Source of the DNA: Mobula hypostoma
Taxonomy: Eukaryota
DNA length: 64,000 nucleotides
Direction of reading: 5' to 3'
Assembly: GCF_963921235.1 (NCBI RefSeq)
Contig: NC_086097.1
Location: 8,618,001 to 8,682,000, forward strand
Shown here one piece after another: positions 47,073-59,529 of the stretch. Made by a program: the position numbers and the translations under genes. Within the stretch, counting starts at the first letter, position 1. Each line of letters starts with the position of its first letter. Under the pieces are notes generated by a model that did no database searches, was not told the DNA's origin, and saw nothing but the letters and a program-made list of their open reading frames with translations.

Positions 47073-48809
47073 AAACCAAAAACAGCACACAAAAAGTGCT
47101 GGAGGAACTCTGCTGGTCAGGCGGCATCTATGGAATGTTTTTAGGGTAAGACCTTTCATCGAGACTGAATACCAAAATAACTAGGGGTTGTAAAGTGAAT
47201 TGCAAGAGGGAGCAAAGTATTGTAAAAGGAAATCAGTAACAATAAAAGAAAATAAAACTTCTTTTAGACTGCATTGAACCTGTAAAGGTCAATTTTATGA
47301 ACATTTTAAGGAGGTAGTTTATTTTCAGGAGGTAAAAACCATTAAGGGAATGATGGGAAGATGATGTTGAGGTAAAGGTTCAGGTATAATCATAATGAAT
47401 GATATAGCAGGAATGAAGGGCTGAATGTTATTTTCCCAATCCTATTCCATATATTTTTGTAGTTTTTCTTGAAATTTTTGAAGTAGTTTGCTTTGTTTGA
47501 AAATGAAAGTTATTTCTCCATGTACATTTCCAAGTAAATAACTGAAGTCCAAAAATTACTTTTGTTCTACTCAGTGGAACCAAATTGCAGAAGCAACAAA
47601 CAATGTATGCACACCACAACATACAGTGCAACAAAACTGAAATTTCATTTACCTTTTATCCACAACTTTTATAGATTAATTTCTCTTTGCTTCATGTTGA
47701 CATAATGGACAGTTGGAGTTTTAGCCAAAACAGAAGTCTGAACACTTTTGGCTCAGTAAAACTGGGCTTGAATCAAAATCTGATGTCAAACAGTTCATTC
47801 TAATTCAGGAAGAGAAAACACAGTAGTTCCTCTTTGGCAGAGCGGTATTGTTGACCGACAAGGTTTCCTATGTTATAACCACATGTAATTTGGAGGTGTT
47901 CTATTACTATATAGCTATGATTGAACACAGAGAGGTTGAGTTGGGTATCTGTCAGTTGTACTCTCTCAGGCAATATCACCAAAATTTGAGGGAATTTTCT
48001 GCTGTCCTGTAAAAGGGTCTTGACCTGTTTATTCATTTCCATAGAAGCTGCCTGACTTGCTGAGTTTTGTTTGTGTTGTTTTGAATTTACAGCCTCTGCA
48101 GAATCTCTTGTGCTTGGAAATTTCTGCTGCCAACGTTTCAGCAGCTTCTTTGAGAATGAAGCTCACCAAGGAAGCCAAAAGAAAGAATGAAAGGTAATGC
48201 TTTATGTCATAATCAAAAAAGCCAGAGACATTTCTGCTAAGGAAGTTTGGATCCATGATCCAAGGTAATGCTTTGGAATTATTTTTGACAACTGTAGATT
48301 GCTTCAGGAAGATTTTATAATGAATAAGTTGTGACTGGCAGGGAAACATTCGTTATTACACTGTTATTTTTGTAACTTCATATTCTTTGTTTGGAGAAAT
48401 ACCATGAAGAAGTAGAAGGATTGAGAAGCTAATTAATATTCTCAAAATCTGAGAGAGTTCCAACTTCAATATTGAGGATGGTTTCCTCAGGTTCTTGAAA
48501 CTTATATGTTGTGGATATTTAGTAGAGGGAGAAGGCAAGGATTCAGTGAAAATTAATTCAAAACTTGGAGCTTGAATCCCCATTCAGAGTGTAAAGCAGC
48601 AATACCATCCAATAAGCATTATTGTTTCTGTGAAAGTTATAGAGATCCAAGTAGTAAATTCAGAAATAGTGAAAAACACCCTGGGATAGTAAAATACATA
48701 TATTTTGTAAGTATATTAAGTAAAATGTGAGAGACACAGATAGAGTAGACAGACAGTATCCTTTTCCCAGGGTTGAAATATCTAATACCAGAGGGGATGC
48801 ATTTAAGGT

Positions 48810-49430
48810 ACTTCATTTTCTGCCCATTACACTACTGACATTTGGGGCAGCAATGTAAGTCCTCCATCTCTGTCCTTGGCTGAAACCAATTTTAGTCTTG
48901 GTCTTAATGGCGCTCAGAGCTTCCTTAATCATGTCAGTAGCTTTACTTGGTTTTCACTACTGTCAGTTGTGCAAGTCCCAGGTGGAGAATCGGGAATACC
49001 ATTGCACTCAGATGAAGAAAGATTTATCATTGTTGTTTCCATAACAGTTTTTCCTGACTTATCAGGGTTGTTAGCCCTGAGCTGAACCCCGGAACCTAGA
49101 AGACTGGTAGACCACTCTTAGTCTGGCCTCACAACTCGCTGGAGGAACTCAGCAGGTCGGGCAGCATCCGTGGAAACGACCAGTCAACGTTTCAGGCCAG
49201 AATCCTTCCTCCAGCATGTTGTGAGTGTTGCTTTGACCCCAGCATCTGCAGAGTATTTTGTGTTTACTTAGTCTGGCCTCTACCCTTTGACCTGCTTGGC
49301 ACGGTGACCCTACCAAGAGCCAAAGCATGAGGCCCTGATTCCAGCCAAAATAGCTTGTCGAGTCAGTAAGGCATGCAAACTCCCAAACCCTCCAAACCAT
49401 GACAAGGTTGTGGTCCCTTTGGAGGATGCA
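48810..49430 (-). mobile_element. Second bipartite Expander/RTE-like element, itself inserted in a CR1 tail and carrying a Penelope insertion
   Basis: Homology to 5556-5915; flanks gatgcatttaaggt (~48796) and gatgcacttaaggt (~49425) look like a TSD. Confidence 0.72.
49131..49266. mobile_element. 136-bp inverted Penelope-derived insertion
   Basis: 14-bp TSD cttagtctggcctc at 49117-49130 and 49267-49280; the left arm stops inside the hammerhead (caacgtttcaggcc); the right arm is ttcctccagc..ccagcatctgcag. Confidence 0.85.
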
Positions 49431-50199
49431 CTTAAGGTGAGATGTTTAGTTAGGCACACGAATGTGAGGAAAGTGGAAGGCTATGGACATTGTGTAGGCA
49501 GAAGAGATTTGCTTAGTTAGCCATTTGATTACTAATTTAATTGGTTTGGCAAAACATCATGGGCCAAAGAGCCTACTCCTGTGCTATACAGTTCTAAAGT
49601 ATGCTTGATATTCTATATTAGAAGAAAAGCAGGAAGGGCACACTTATAACTGCAACTAGCCAGAAAAGATCACTCTATGCATTGAGTGTATTTTTGGATA
49701 GAAAAATTAGAAATGACAGCCTGGAATTACTTAGGAACCAATTAGATGTTGCAATGGTCAGAACACTGTTCCTTTCTGGTCAGACTTAAATGGACTAATG
49801 GCCTTCCTCTTCCCTAATTTTCCTCTGACCTTAGGAAAAATAGAAGTGCATTGCACCAGATCAGTTGCTGTAATCATTGAAGAAACATGTTGGAAAGAAT
49901 AAGAGAAGCAAATGTCTCCCCATAGGGAAGATTATTGCCAGGTCAGACTCTAATTTAGATTAGTAGTTCAATATGTGCTTCAGTAGACATAGGGACTAAT
50001 GCGGGGGAACTGAAGAGGTTTCCAGTAACCAATTGTGGAAAAATGAAGTTGAAAAAAAATGAGTCTGGGATTTTTTGAATTAAGTCCTTTTTTCACTTAG
50101 CTTGCTGCATGCCAATGAAGGATAAGGAGTGTGACATATTATCCACATTTTTCTACTTCAGATGATCTATGATTGGCACAGAAGGCCAAGAAGACTATG

Positions 50200-51070
50200 C
50201 TCCAGGCATTTCTCATGGAATCCAGCATCCTCTAACATTATCTGCATATCCTTACTTTCCCTTCCTTTCTCCCTTGTGTATTGTGCATATTCCTAAGACA
50301 TCGTTCTCAATTTCTGGTGTCATGTTGCTGTCAGTGACATCATCACTGGGGGGTAAGTCTGGTGCCTGTAATGTACCCATCTTGTTGGATGCAACCTACT
50401 CAGGTGTGTTCTTTGGTTGAGCATCTAGTATCTGGAACACATAACATCTCCATGTCTGATCTTCAACAACCACTCCGTATATCAGTGGTCCAGTTCATCG
50501 TGGGAACAGAGTTCCAATACACAAAATGGAAACCATCCACCTTGTACTGTTGAGAAATATCCTCCATGTCCATTGCTTTAGTGGACTTCTTGAAGGTTTG
50601 GATAAACCTTCCAGCTAACCCATCTGTTACTGGATGATGCGAAGCTGACTTGAAATGTCCGATGCCATTTTACCTCATGAACTGTTGGAATTCTTCTGAA
50701 GTGTACTATGTACTTACTTGCACATCTCTTTGTTAGTGTTCGTGACGGCCTAATCTGTACTGCTTAACTCTTTCTTCTCACTGTTTCATCTCATAACTGT
50801 TGGTGCAATTGATGATATTCTCTGGCATCAGGTTCGTACTCGTCACCATTTTATTGTGTCTTTGCAACTATATATCAATTAAATAAGAACATGCCCGTGG
50901 GAGGTGGCTTTAACTGATGTATTCACATTTCAGCGAGAGAGAGAGATCAATGTGTATGCATAGACAACAGATCAATTTGTATGCGTAGGCAACAAATCAA
51001 TGCGCATGCATGGACAATAGTCCATACGTAGTGCTAAGGAAAATCATTGCTCTAAAATAAATGGATCCAT
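50200..51070 (-). mobile_element. Internally deleted Gypsy remnant (integrase core fragment, PBS-like site, probable LTR)
   Basis: Minus strand SEEFQQFMR*NGIGHFKSASHHPVTDGLAGRFIQTFKK at ~50570-50700; tggtgacgag near 50840. Confidence 0.68.
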
Positions 51071-51084
51071 ACATTACCATGAGG

Positions 51085-51740
51085 ACACGTATAGGAATGT
51101 GATAGATCAGCTGGTGTTTCAGCAACAACCTTGCTCTCAACATCAGTAAATGAAGGAACTGAATGTAGATGTCAGGAAGGGGAAGTCGAGGGAACACACA
51201 CCAGTCCTCATCAAGATATCAACTGTGGAAAGGGTGAACAGTTTCAAGTTCCTAGGTGTCAACATCTCTGAAGATCTATCTTGAGCCCAACATTTTGATG
51301 CAATTTCAAAGACGGTACAACAGTGGTGATATTTTATTAGGAGTTTGAGAAGACTTGGTATATCACCAAAGATTCTCGTAAATTCTTAAAAATGGACCAG
51401 GGAGAGTATTCTAATTGGTTACATCACATCTGGACTTGAGGAGGAACTCCATAGGATCAGAAAAAGCCGCAGAAAGTTGTAAACTCTGCTAACTCCATCA
51501 TGGGCACTAGCCTCACTAGCATCAAGGCATCTTCAAAAGCTGTTGCCTCAAAAAGGTGGCATTTATTATTAAAGATCCCTATCATCCAGGCCGTGCCCTC
51601 TCCTCATTACTACCATTAAAGAGGAGGTACAGGATCCTGAAGGCACACACTCAATATTCTAGGAACAGCTTCTTCTCTGCTATCAGGTTTCTGACTGGAT
51701 ATTAAACCCATGAACACTACCTCTATTTTTTTTGCTCTCT
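51085..51740 (+). mobile_element. Degenerate Rex1/Babar 3' fragment
   Basis: WCFSNNLALNISK, FKFLGVNISEDL, IIKDPYHPGRALSSLLP. Confidence 0.8.
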
Positions 51741-51769
51741 TTTTGCACTTTTGTTTAAGATTAGTTTAT

Positions 51770-52462
51770 TTAGCGGCACAGAGGCACTGCAAATGGCTGC
51801 CCAAGAACAGGCTCTGAGCATAAGAGCAATAGAAGCAAGGATCTATCACACCAGACAAGACCCAAGGTTCATACTGTTCAAGGAATCCACTGAAACCATC
51901 TAGCACATAGTAGCAGGGTATAAGATGCAGGCAGGGGCAGCATATATTTAATGGCACAACTAAATTGCAGGAACTGTGTACAGGAACAGCTGCGCTGAGT
52001 ATGGATTGGACACACCCAAGTCCAAAGAGGAAACAACCAAGAAGATATTGGATAGTGACAGAAATACAGTCCTATGGGATTTCCTACTACAGACTGATGA
52101 GCAGGTACTGGCTGATCAACCAGACATAGTAACACTGGACAAGAAACGGAAGAAAGTAATAGTAATAGATGTGGCAATCCCGAATGACAGTAACATCAGG
52201 AAGAAAGAATGAGAAGTTAGAGAAATACTAGGGCTTGAAAGAGAAGACAGAAAGGATGTGGAATGTTAATGTCAGAGTAATCCCAGTGGTGATAGGAGCA
52301 CTTGACACCTGGTCTGGGAGAGTGACTCCAACAAGTCCCGGGAGCAACATCTGAGATTTCAGTCCAGAAGAGCACACTACTATGAACAGCAAGGACTCTG
52401 CACTGAACGCTCAAACTCCCAGGCCTTTGGTAGAGAACCCGCGATTGAGGGAGAAATACACA
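51770..52462 (+). mobile_element. R4-clade (Rex6/Dong-like) non-LTR 3' fragment with a PD-(D/E)xK endonuclease remnant
   Basis: MAAQEQALSIRAIEARIYHTRQDPR..ETI*HIVAG..VLWDFLLQTD..QPDIV..IVIDVAIPNDSNIRKKE. Confidence 0.85.
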
Positions 52463-52467
52463 TTCAC

Positions 52468-55400
52468 ACAAGATCACAAGACAAAAGAGCAGAAGTAGGC
52501 CATTCGGCCCATCGAGTCTGCTCCGCCACTCCACCATGAGCTAAACTATTCTCCCATCTAGTTCCAATCTCCAGCTTTTTCCCCATATCCCTTGATACCC
52601 TGACTAATTAGATACCTATCAATCTCCTCAAACACCCTCAGTGATCGGGCCTCCACAGCTGTATGTGGCAACAAGTTCCATAAATCCGCAACTGTCTGGC
52701 TAAAAAAATTTCTCCTCATCTCTGTTTTAAATGGGTACCCTCTAATTCTAAGAATGTGGCCTCTTGTCCTGGACTCACCCACCAAGGGAAACAGCCTTTC
52801 CACATCCACTCTGTCCAACCCTTTCAACATTCGAAATATTTCTATGAGATCCCCTCTCATTCTTCTATACTCTAATGAATACAGTCCAAGAGCAAACGCT
52901 CTTCATATGTTAGCCCCTGCATTCCAGGAATCATCCTTGTAAATCTTCTCTGAACACTCCCCAACATCAGAACATCCCTTCTAAGATAGGGGGCCCAAAA
53001 CTGCACACAGTTTTCCAAATGAGATCTCACCAGTGCCCCATAGAGCCTCATCAACACCTCCTTACTCTTATACACTATTCCTCTTGAAATGAATGTCAAC
53101 ACAGCATTCACTTTCCTTACTGCCAATCCAACCTGGTGGTTAACCTTTAGGGTATCCGGCACGAGGACCCCCAAGTCCCTTTACACTTCTGATTCTTGAA
53201 TGTTCTCTCCATCTAAATAATAATATGCCCGATTATTTCTTCTTCCAAAATGTACAACAGTACATTTTTCAACATTGTAACTCAACTGTCATTTCTTTGC
53301 CCACTCTCCTAAACTGACCAAGTCTCTCTGCAACCTTTCTGTTTCTTCAACACTTCCTGCTCTTCCACCTATCTTGGTGTCATTCCCAAACTTAGCCACA
53401 AAACCTAGTAATCCATAATCTAAATCATCGATATACATTGTAAAAAGTAGCGGCCCCAACACCGACCCCTGCGGAACACCACTAGTAACTGGCAACCAAT
53501 CAGAATAGGATCCCTTTATTCCCACCCTTTGCTTTCTGCCTATCAGCCAATGCTCCACCCATTCCAATATCTTTCCCGTAATTCCATGGGCTCTCATCTT
53601 ATTAAGCAGCCTCTTATGCCGCACCTTATCGAAGGCCTTTTGAAAATCCAAATACACAACATCCACAGCCTCTCCCTTATCAATCTTATTTGAGATTACC
53701 TCAAAATTCCAATAGTTTGATGAGGCAGGATCTTCCCTTCATGAAACCATGCTGGCTTGGGCCTATCTTGTCCTGCTCCTCAAGGTGTTTCATAGCCTCG
53801 TTCCTGAGGATCGACTCCAATAACTTTCCAACTACCAATGTCAGACTAATAGGTCTGTAATTTTCTTTTTGTTGCCTCCCTCCTTTCTTAAACAGCGGAA
53901 CTACATTTGCGACCTTCCAGTCCTCTGGAACCATGCCAGAGTCTATTGATTCCTGGGAAGATCATTTCCAATGCTTCCACAATCTCCAAAGCCACCTCCT
54001 TCAGAACCCTTGGGTGCACCTCATCCGGACCAGGAGACTTATCTATTCTTAGTCCACTTAGATTCCCAGGCACTTTCTCTCTAGTAATCTTGACTGTACC
54101 TAATTCTATTCCCTGATACCTCTGGCTATCAGGTATGTTGCTAATGTCTTCCACTGTGAAGACTGATGCAAAATACTCATTTAGTTCCTCTGCCATCTCT
54201 TTGTTACCCATTATAATTTCTGCAGCATCATTTTCAATCGGTCCTATATCTACCCATGTCACTCTTTTACTCTTCATATATTTAAAAAAACTCTTAGTAT
54301 CCTTTTATATGTTAATTGCCAACTTCCTTTCATAATTCATCTTTTCTTTCCTCATGACTTCCTTAGTTTCCTTCTGTAAGTTTTTAAAAGTTGTCCAGTC
54401 CTCAGTTTTCCCACTAATTTTTGCTTCCTTGTACGTCGTCTCTTTTGCTTTTATTTTAGCCTTAACCTCTCTCGTTAGCCACATTTGTCCCATTTTTCCA
54501 TTCATGGGTTTCTTTTTTCTTGGAATATATTTTTTCTGAACTTTCGTTATTTCTTGTAAGAATTTCCTCCAATTCTGCTCTACTGTCCCTCCATTGAGAT
54601 TACTTCTCCAATCTACTTGGGCCAGTTCCTCTCGCATACCACTGTAATTTCCTTTGTTCCACTGAAATATCGATATACCTGATACCAGCTTCTCCTTTTC
54701 AAATTTGAAACTGAACTCAATCATATTATGAGCACTACTTCCAAGGGGTTCCTTTACCTCCAGCTCCCTAATCAGCTCAGGTTCATTACACAGCACCCAA
54801 TCCAAAACAGCCAATCCCCTGGTGGACTTATGGACAAGCTGCTCCAAAAAGCCATCCTGTAGGCATTCTACAAACTCCCTCTCCTGGGATCCAGTACCTT
54901 CCTGACTTTCCCAATCCACTTTCATATTAAAATCCCCCATGATTATCTTGACATTTTCCTTCTGACACGCTTTTTCTGTTTCCAGCTGTAACTTGTCGTC
55001 CACATTCCAGCTGCTGTTTGGAGGCCTGTATATAACTGCTATTAGTGTCTTTTTACCTTTGCCATTTCTTAACTCGACCCAAAGGATTCTACTTCTTCTG
55101 ATCCTATGTCCCTTCTTTCTAGTGATTTGATATCATTGCTTACCATCAGGGCCACGCTACCCCCTTTACCTACCTTCCTATCTTTCCTATACACTGTGTA
55201 TCCTTGGACATTCAGCTCCCAATCACACCCATCAGTTAGCCATGACTCGGTGATGGCCACAATGCCATATCTTTTAACCTGTAGCTGTACAACAAGGTCA
55301 TCCACTTTATTTCTAATGCTGCGTGCATTTAAGTACAGTACATTTAGATCAGTATCTGTTACCAATTTTGCTATATTTCTATCGCACAGCAAATTATCCT

Positions 55401-55540
55401 GTCTATTCACCTGCCTGTCCTTCTTGCCATCTCTGCTGCACAGTATCTTTGACTTATTTCTATTTTCCTCTTCCTCGACCCTAACATCCTGGTTTCCTTC
55501 CCCCTGCCAACTTAGTTTAAACCCTCCCTAACAGCTATAT
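52468..55540 (-). mobile_element. CR1 LINE with essentially complete but frameshifted ORF2
   Basis: ORF1 end AVREGLN*; LYLNARSIRNK, AITESWL, IMGDFN, KSPGPD, NYRPISLT, DFQKAFDKV, GVPQGSVLGP, RGDLIE; 3' tail at 52468-52520. Confidence 0.95.
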
Positions 55541-56119
55541 TAAACATACCACCCATATGGCGTGAGGAAAAAAAAAATATATATATATATTCACAGCATA
55601 TTCCTGTGATATTAAATCTGACTCTGATTCTGGTTCCGGTTTTATCACTTGCCAGCTCTTGTCCACGCCTTCTCTTTGCCTTTTTACACAGTCTATGTTT
55701 CATTTATCTTTCAGTCCAGATAAACGGTCTTAATTCAGAGCATTACCGTCCATTTCACTGCAAAGATGATGCCTAACCTGCTGAGTTACTCCAACTTTCT
55801 GTCTATGGCTTGAAAATTCTGTCACAACATGTAATTTTGTCACTCTGTATGCAGTGTGGCTTCAAAAAAAAAGATATTTATTAAGTTGAACTGGTACTGC
55901 ACTTAAATTTTAAAGTCCATTGTATTCATTTCCAGTCCTGTGTGAGTATTATAATGTGGAATGCAGAAGGTGACTGCACCTGTCCGGTGGTGTACACTAT
56001 GTGTGCTAGGAATTATGGAAGGCGAAACCAGCTTTATATACGCTAAAAGAATCAACTCGTACTTATGGTGTCTAATCTTGGGAGCAGATATATATATTTA
56101 AATAACTAGTGCAAAATGT

Positions 56120-56415
56120 ATTCCTTAAGGTTGTTATAGCTGGGTGTGGTTATGGGGATGAACTCCCACTACTTATTAAATGCTCCCAATGGCATGCGCC
56201 TCATATAGCCTCTCAACCAAGTCCAGCTCCTGGCCTTCACGTGTGGCCCAGGAGAACCATTTGTACCGCCTGGAGAAGGGGAAAAGGCAAGACACTTGCA
56301 CCTTAAAACCAGTTGCTTTGGCAGATGGGGCTTTTCAGGTGTGGCTGGCAGCTCACCTAGAAGAAGGAAAGTTCTGATCTCAAACCCCTGCTGCCTTGTG
56401 GTTATCCCCACTCAT
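56120..56415 (+). repeat. Interspersed repeat homologous to 4185-4410
   Basis: See the 4185-4410 entry. Confidence 0.55.
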
Positions 56416-56429
56416 GGTTGTTGGTGGTT

Positions 56430-58832
56430 ACTTAAAAAAGGAACTTTAAGGGAGTTTGTCCATTGTACATGTCCTATCAGTGGCATCAACAGAGCTCTAC
56501 CAAAAGGTATATCTCGCAGTTCGACAACGGTTATTTAAAAAGGGAGCTTTGAGGGCATTTGTCCATTGTACGGGCCCTATCAATGGCATCAACAGAGCTC
56601 AGCAAGCTAAATAAAAGTTCAGAAGGGATAAGCGAAATGGCCATTGTCAGGAGTAGGCCAGTGGCGAGAGTAGAAAGGACAGGTTTTGGCTCGGAAGAGG
56701 CGTCGACTCTGTTAAGGTTTCCTTCTTATCTTTTTTCTCCTCTCTTACTTTACCATTTAAGTGGCTGTGGTGTGTTCTTTGTGCTGGATGTTGGAGTCTT
56801 GGGAGACCCAGAGTCTCCCAGGGAACTACATCTGCGTGAAGTGCATCCTGCTGTGGCTCCTTGAAGACCGTGTTAAGGATCTGGAGCAGCAGCTGGCTGA
56901 CCTTTGGCTTGCATGGGAGAACGAAGATATAGTTGATCAAATCTATAGGGAAGTAGTCACCCCAAAGTTGCAGGAGGTGAGTAGCTGGGTGATCATCAGG
57001 AGAAATAGAAATAGGCAGGTAGAGCAAAGCACCCCTGTGGCTATTCCCCTCAAAAACAAGTGTACTGTTTTGGATACTTTTGTGGGGGATGACCTCCCAG
57101 AAGAATGCCATGGCGACCGGCTTACAGGAACTGAGCATGGGTCCGTGGTGCAGAAGGGAAAGAGACAGAAGAAGGGAGCAGTACTGATTGGGTACACGAT
57201 AGCAAGGGGAACAGACATGAGAAACTGTTAATGTGAATGGGACACCCAGATGGTATGTTGCCTCCCAGGTGCCAGGGTCAGGGATGTCTCAGATCACGTC
57301 CACAACATTTTGTGGAGGGACGGGGAGAAGCCAGATGTCTTGGTACATATTAGCACCAATGACATAGAAAGAAAAAGCACTGAGGTCCTGAAAAGAGAAT
57401 TTAGAGAGCTACGTAGAAAGCTGAGAAGCTGGAGTCGGTGTTGGGACCATTTCTTTTTATGCTGTACATAAATGATTTAGATGATGGAATAGATGGCTTT
57501 GTTGCCAAGTTTGCAGATGATATGAAGATTGATGGAGGGGCAGGTAGTGTTGAGGAAACAGGTAGGATGCTGAAGGACTTACACAGATAAGGAGAATGAG
57601 TAAGAAAGTGACAAATGAAATACAATGTTGGAAAATGCATGGTCATACACTTTGGTAGTAGAAATAAATGTGCAGACTATTTCCTAAATGTGGAGAAAAT
57701 CCAAAAATTTGAGATGCAGAGAGACTTGGGAGTTCTTGTGCAGAACACCACGAAGGTTAACTTGCAGGTGAGGAAGGCAAATGCCATCTTAACATTTATT
57801 TCAAGTGGTCTAGAATAAAAGAGCAAGGATGTAAAGCTAAGGCTTTATAACACACTGGTGAGGCCTCACCTTGAGTATTGTGAACAGTTTTGGGCCCCTC
57901 ATCTTAAAAAAGATGTGCTGGCATTGGAGAGGGTCCAGAAGAGGTTCACAAGGATGATTTCAGGAATGAAAGGGTTATCATACGAGGAATATTTGATGGC
58001 TCTAGGTCTGTACTCACTAGAATTCAGAAGAATGAGGGGAATCTCATTGAAACCTACAAAAGTTGAAAGGCCTAGACAGAGTATATGTGGAAAGGATGTT
58101 TCCCATGGTGGGAGAGTCTAGGACAAGAGGGCACAGCCTCAGGATAGAGGGGTGCCCTTTCAAAACAGAGATGCGGGAATATTTCTTTAGCAGAATAGTG
58201 GTGAATTTGTGTAATTTATTGCCACATGTTGCTGTGGAGGCTAGGTCGTTGGCTGAATTTAACCCTTACATACTGTTTGGGTCAAATTTGACCCATTTTG
58301 ACATTTGACAGCAGTAAAAACACCCTAAATGCCATTTTTGTAGCCGAAATTTGATGTCTTTTCTAAAGTGACCCAAAATGTGCAAAAATGAAAATATTTA
58401 AAAATTTTATGCTTTTGTACAGGTGCTACAAATTTTTGTACATTAAAGCTATTCCGAGTCAGATTTGACCCATATCTATTGAAATGGATTTTAGATCTTT
58501 GAAGCATTAATAAGGATAATTCACTCATTTATTAATGTCAGATAGGCTATTTATACATTGTAAATAGATCTGTGGTTCAAAATTTGGTATAGACACATGT
58601 TGTGAGGGGATTCTTGGGCCGGGTCAAAATTGACCCAGACCACACTGTGAAGGTATAGAATATGAACAGGTTGCCTGGGTTAAGGCAGAGATTGATAGGT
58701 TCTTGATTGGACATGGTATCAAAGGTTACGGGGAGAAGGCCGGGAACTGGAGTTGGAGAGGAGAAAGAGAAAAGCATCAGCATGGTTGAATGGGCCAGGT
58801 GGCCTAATTCTGCTCCTACGCCTTATGGTCTT
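56430..58832 (+). mobile_element. CR1 LINE retaining 5' UTR and ORF1, fused directly to the RT C-terminus and tail; interrupted by a piggyBac-type MITE
   Basis: ORF1 VVCSLC..YICVKC..RVKDLEQQL (zinc finger/leucine zipper), CLPGARVRDV..HISTNDI; at ~57430 jumps to SVLGP..KFADDMKI; tail ..cctacgccttatggtctt. Confidence 0.88.
58263..58679. mobile_element. piggyBac-type non-autonomous element (417 bp)
   Basis: TTAA at 58259-62 and 58680-83; CCC...GGG termini; subterminal palindromes gggtcaaatttgaccc and gggtcaaaattgaccc; excision restores the CR1 sequence gaatttaaggcagagattgatagg. Confidence 0.85.
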
Positions 58833-59529
58833 TTGGTCCAAATCATGTTCCTAATTAGAATACATTTATCCTCAATATACATTTTGAGCTCATCGTAGTT
58901 TGATTCTCCATTGATATTTGTTTTTAACTTTTTACAAAAGAGAATCTCTTCATAAACGTCTCTGTTTTTGATAAACCGTACATATGCCATTCGGTGTTGG
59001 CAGCTTCACTGATTGGCTCTATTTCACCGTTTGTTTCTGGCCAGCACTGTATGGTTTAGAACCTGATTTTCGTAGATCTGTAGAGAAAGTTGAGAGTGTG
59101 TACTTGACTTACCAACAGTTAAATTGCATGAAATCATTCTGTGCCGTGAGCCAAGGGAAACTGGTTGTGAATGTATGCATCCTCAATAATGTTTGTTTGA
59201 TTGGTAAAATCAGATGAGGTTGCCGTGTTGTGATAATGAGTGTTCACCGCCCACAGAGCTTTTGTTCTTCCTGTGTTCCAGTGCCTCATTCTTATTTTTG
59301 GAAGTGCCTGCTCTACTAACAGTCCGTCAGGTCTCATACTGCAAGTTAGGCTGCCCCCTGAAGAATCTTGAATGCAACCCCCCCCCACCCCCGACCACTG
59401 CTATTTCCCCTAATGCCCCCTAAGGGCATGTAGTTGCCTCCATTGGGAATTACTGGCTTATAGCCTACCAAATGGTCTAATGAAATGTTTCCTTAAAGTG
59501 AAGAAAGATCCCTGAGGATCTGAAACACA

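Noticed and set aside
58840..59520. Non-repetitive islands as exons or conserved enhancers (also ~20400-20990, 32890-33430, 47430-48700)
   Set aside because: No recognisable coding signal; conservation cannot be judged without alignments.
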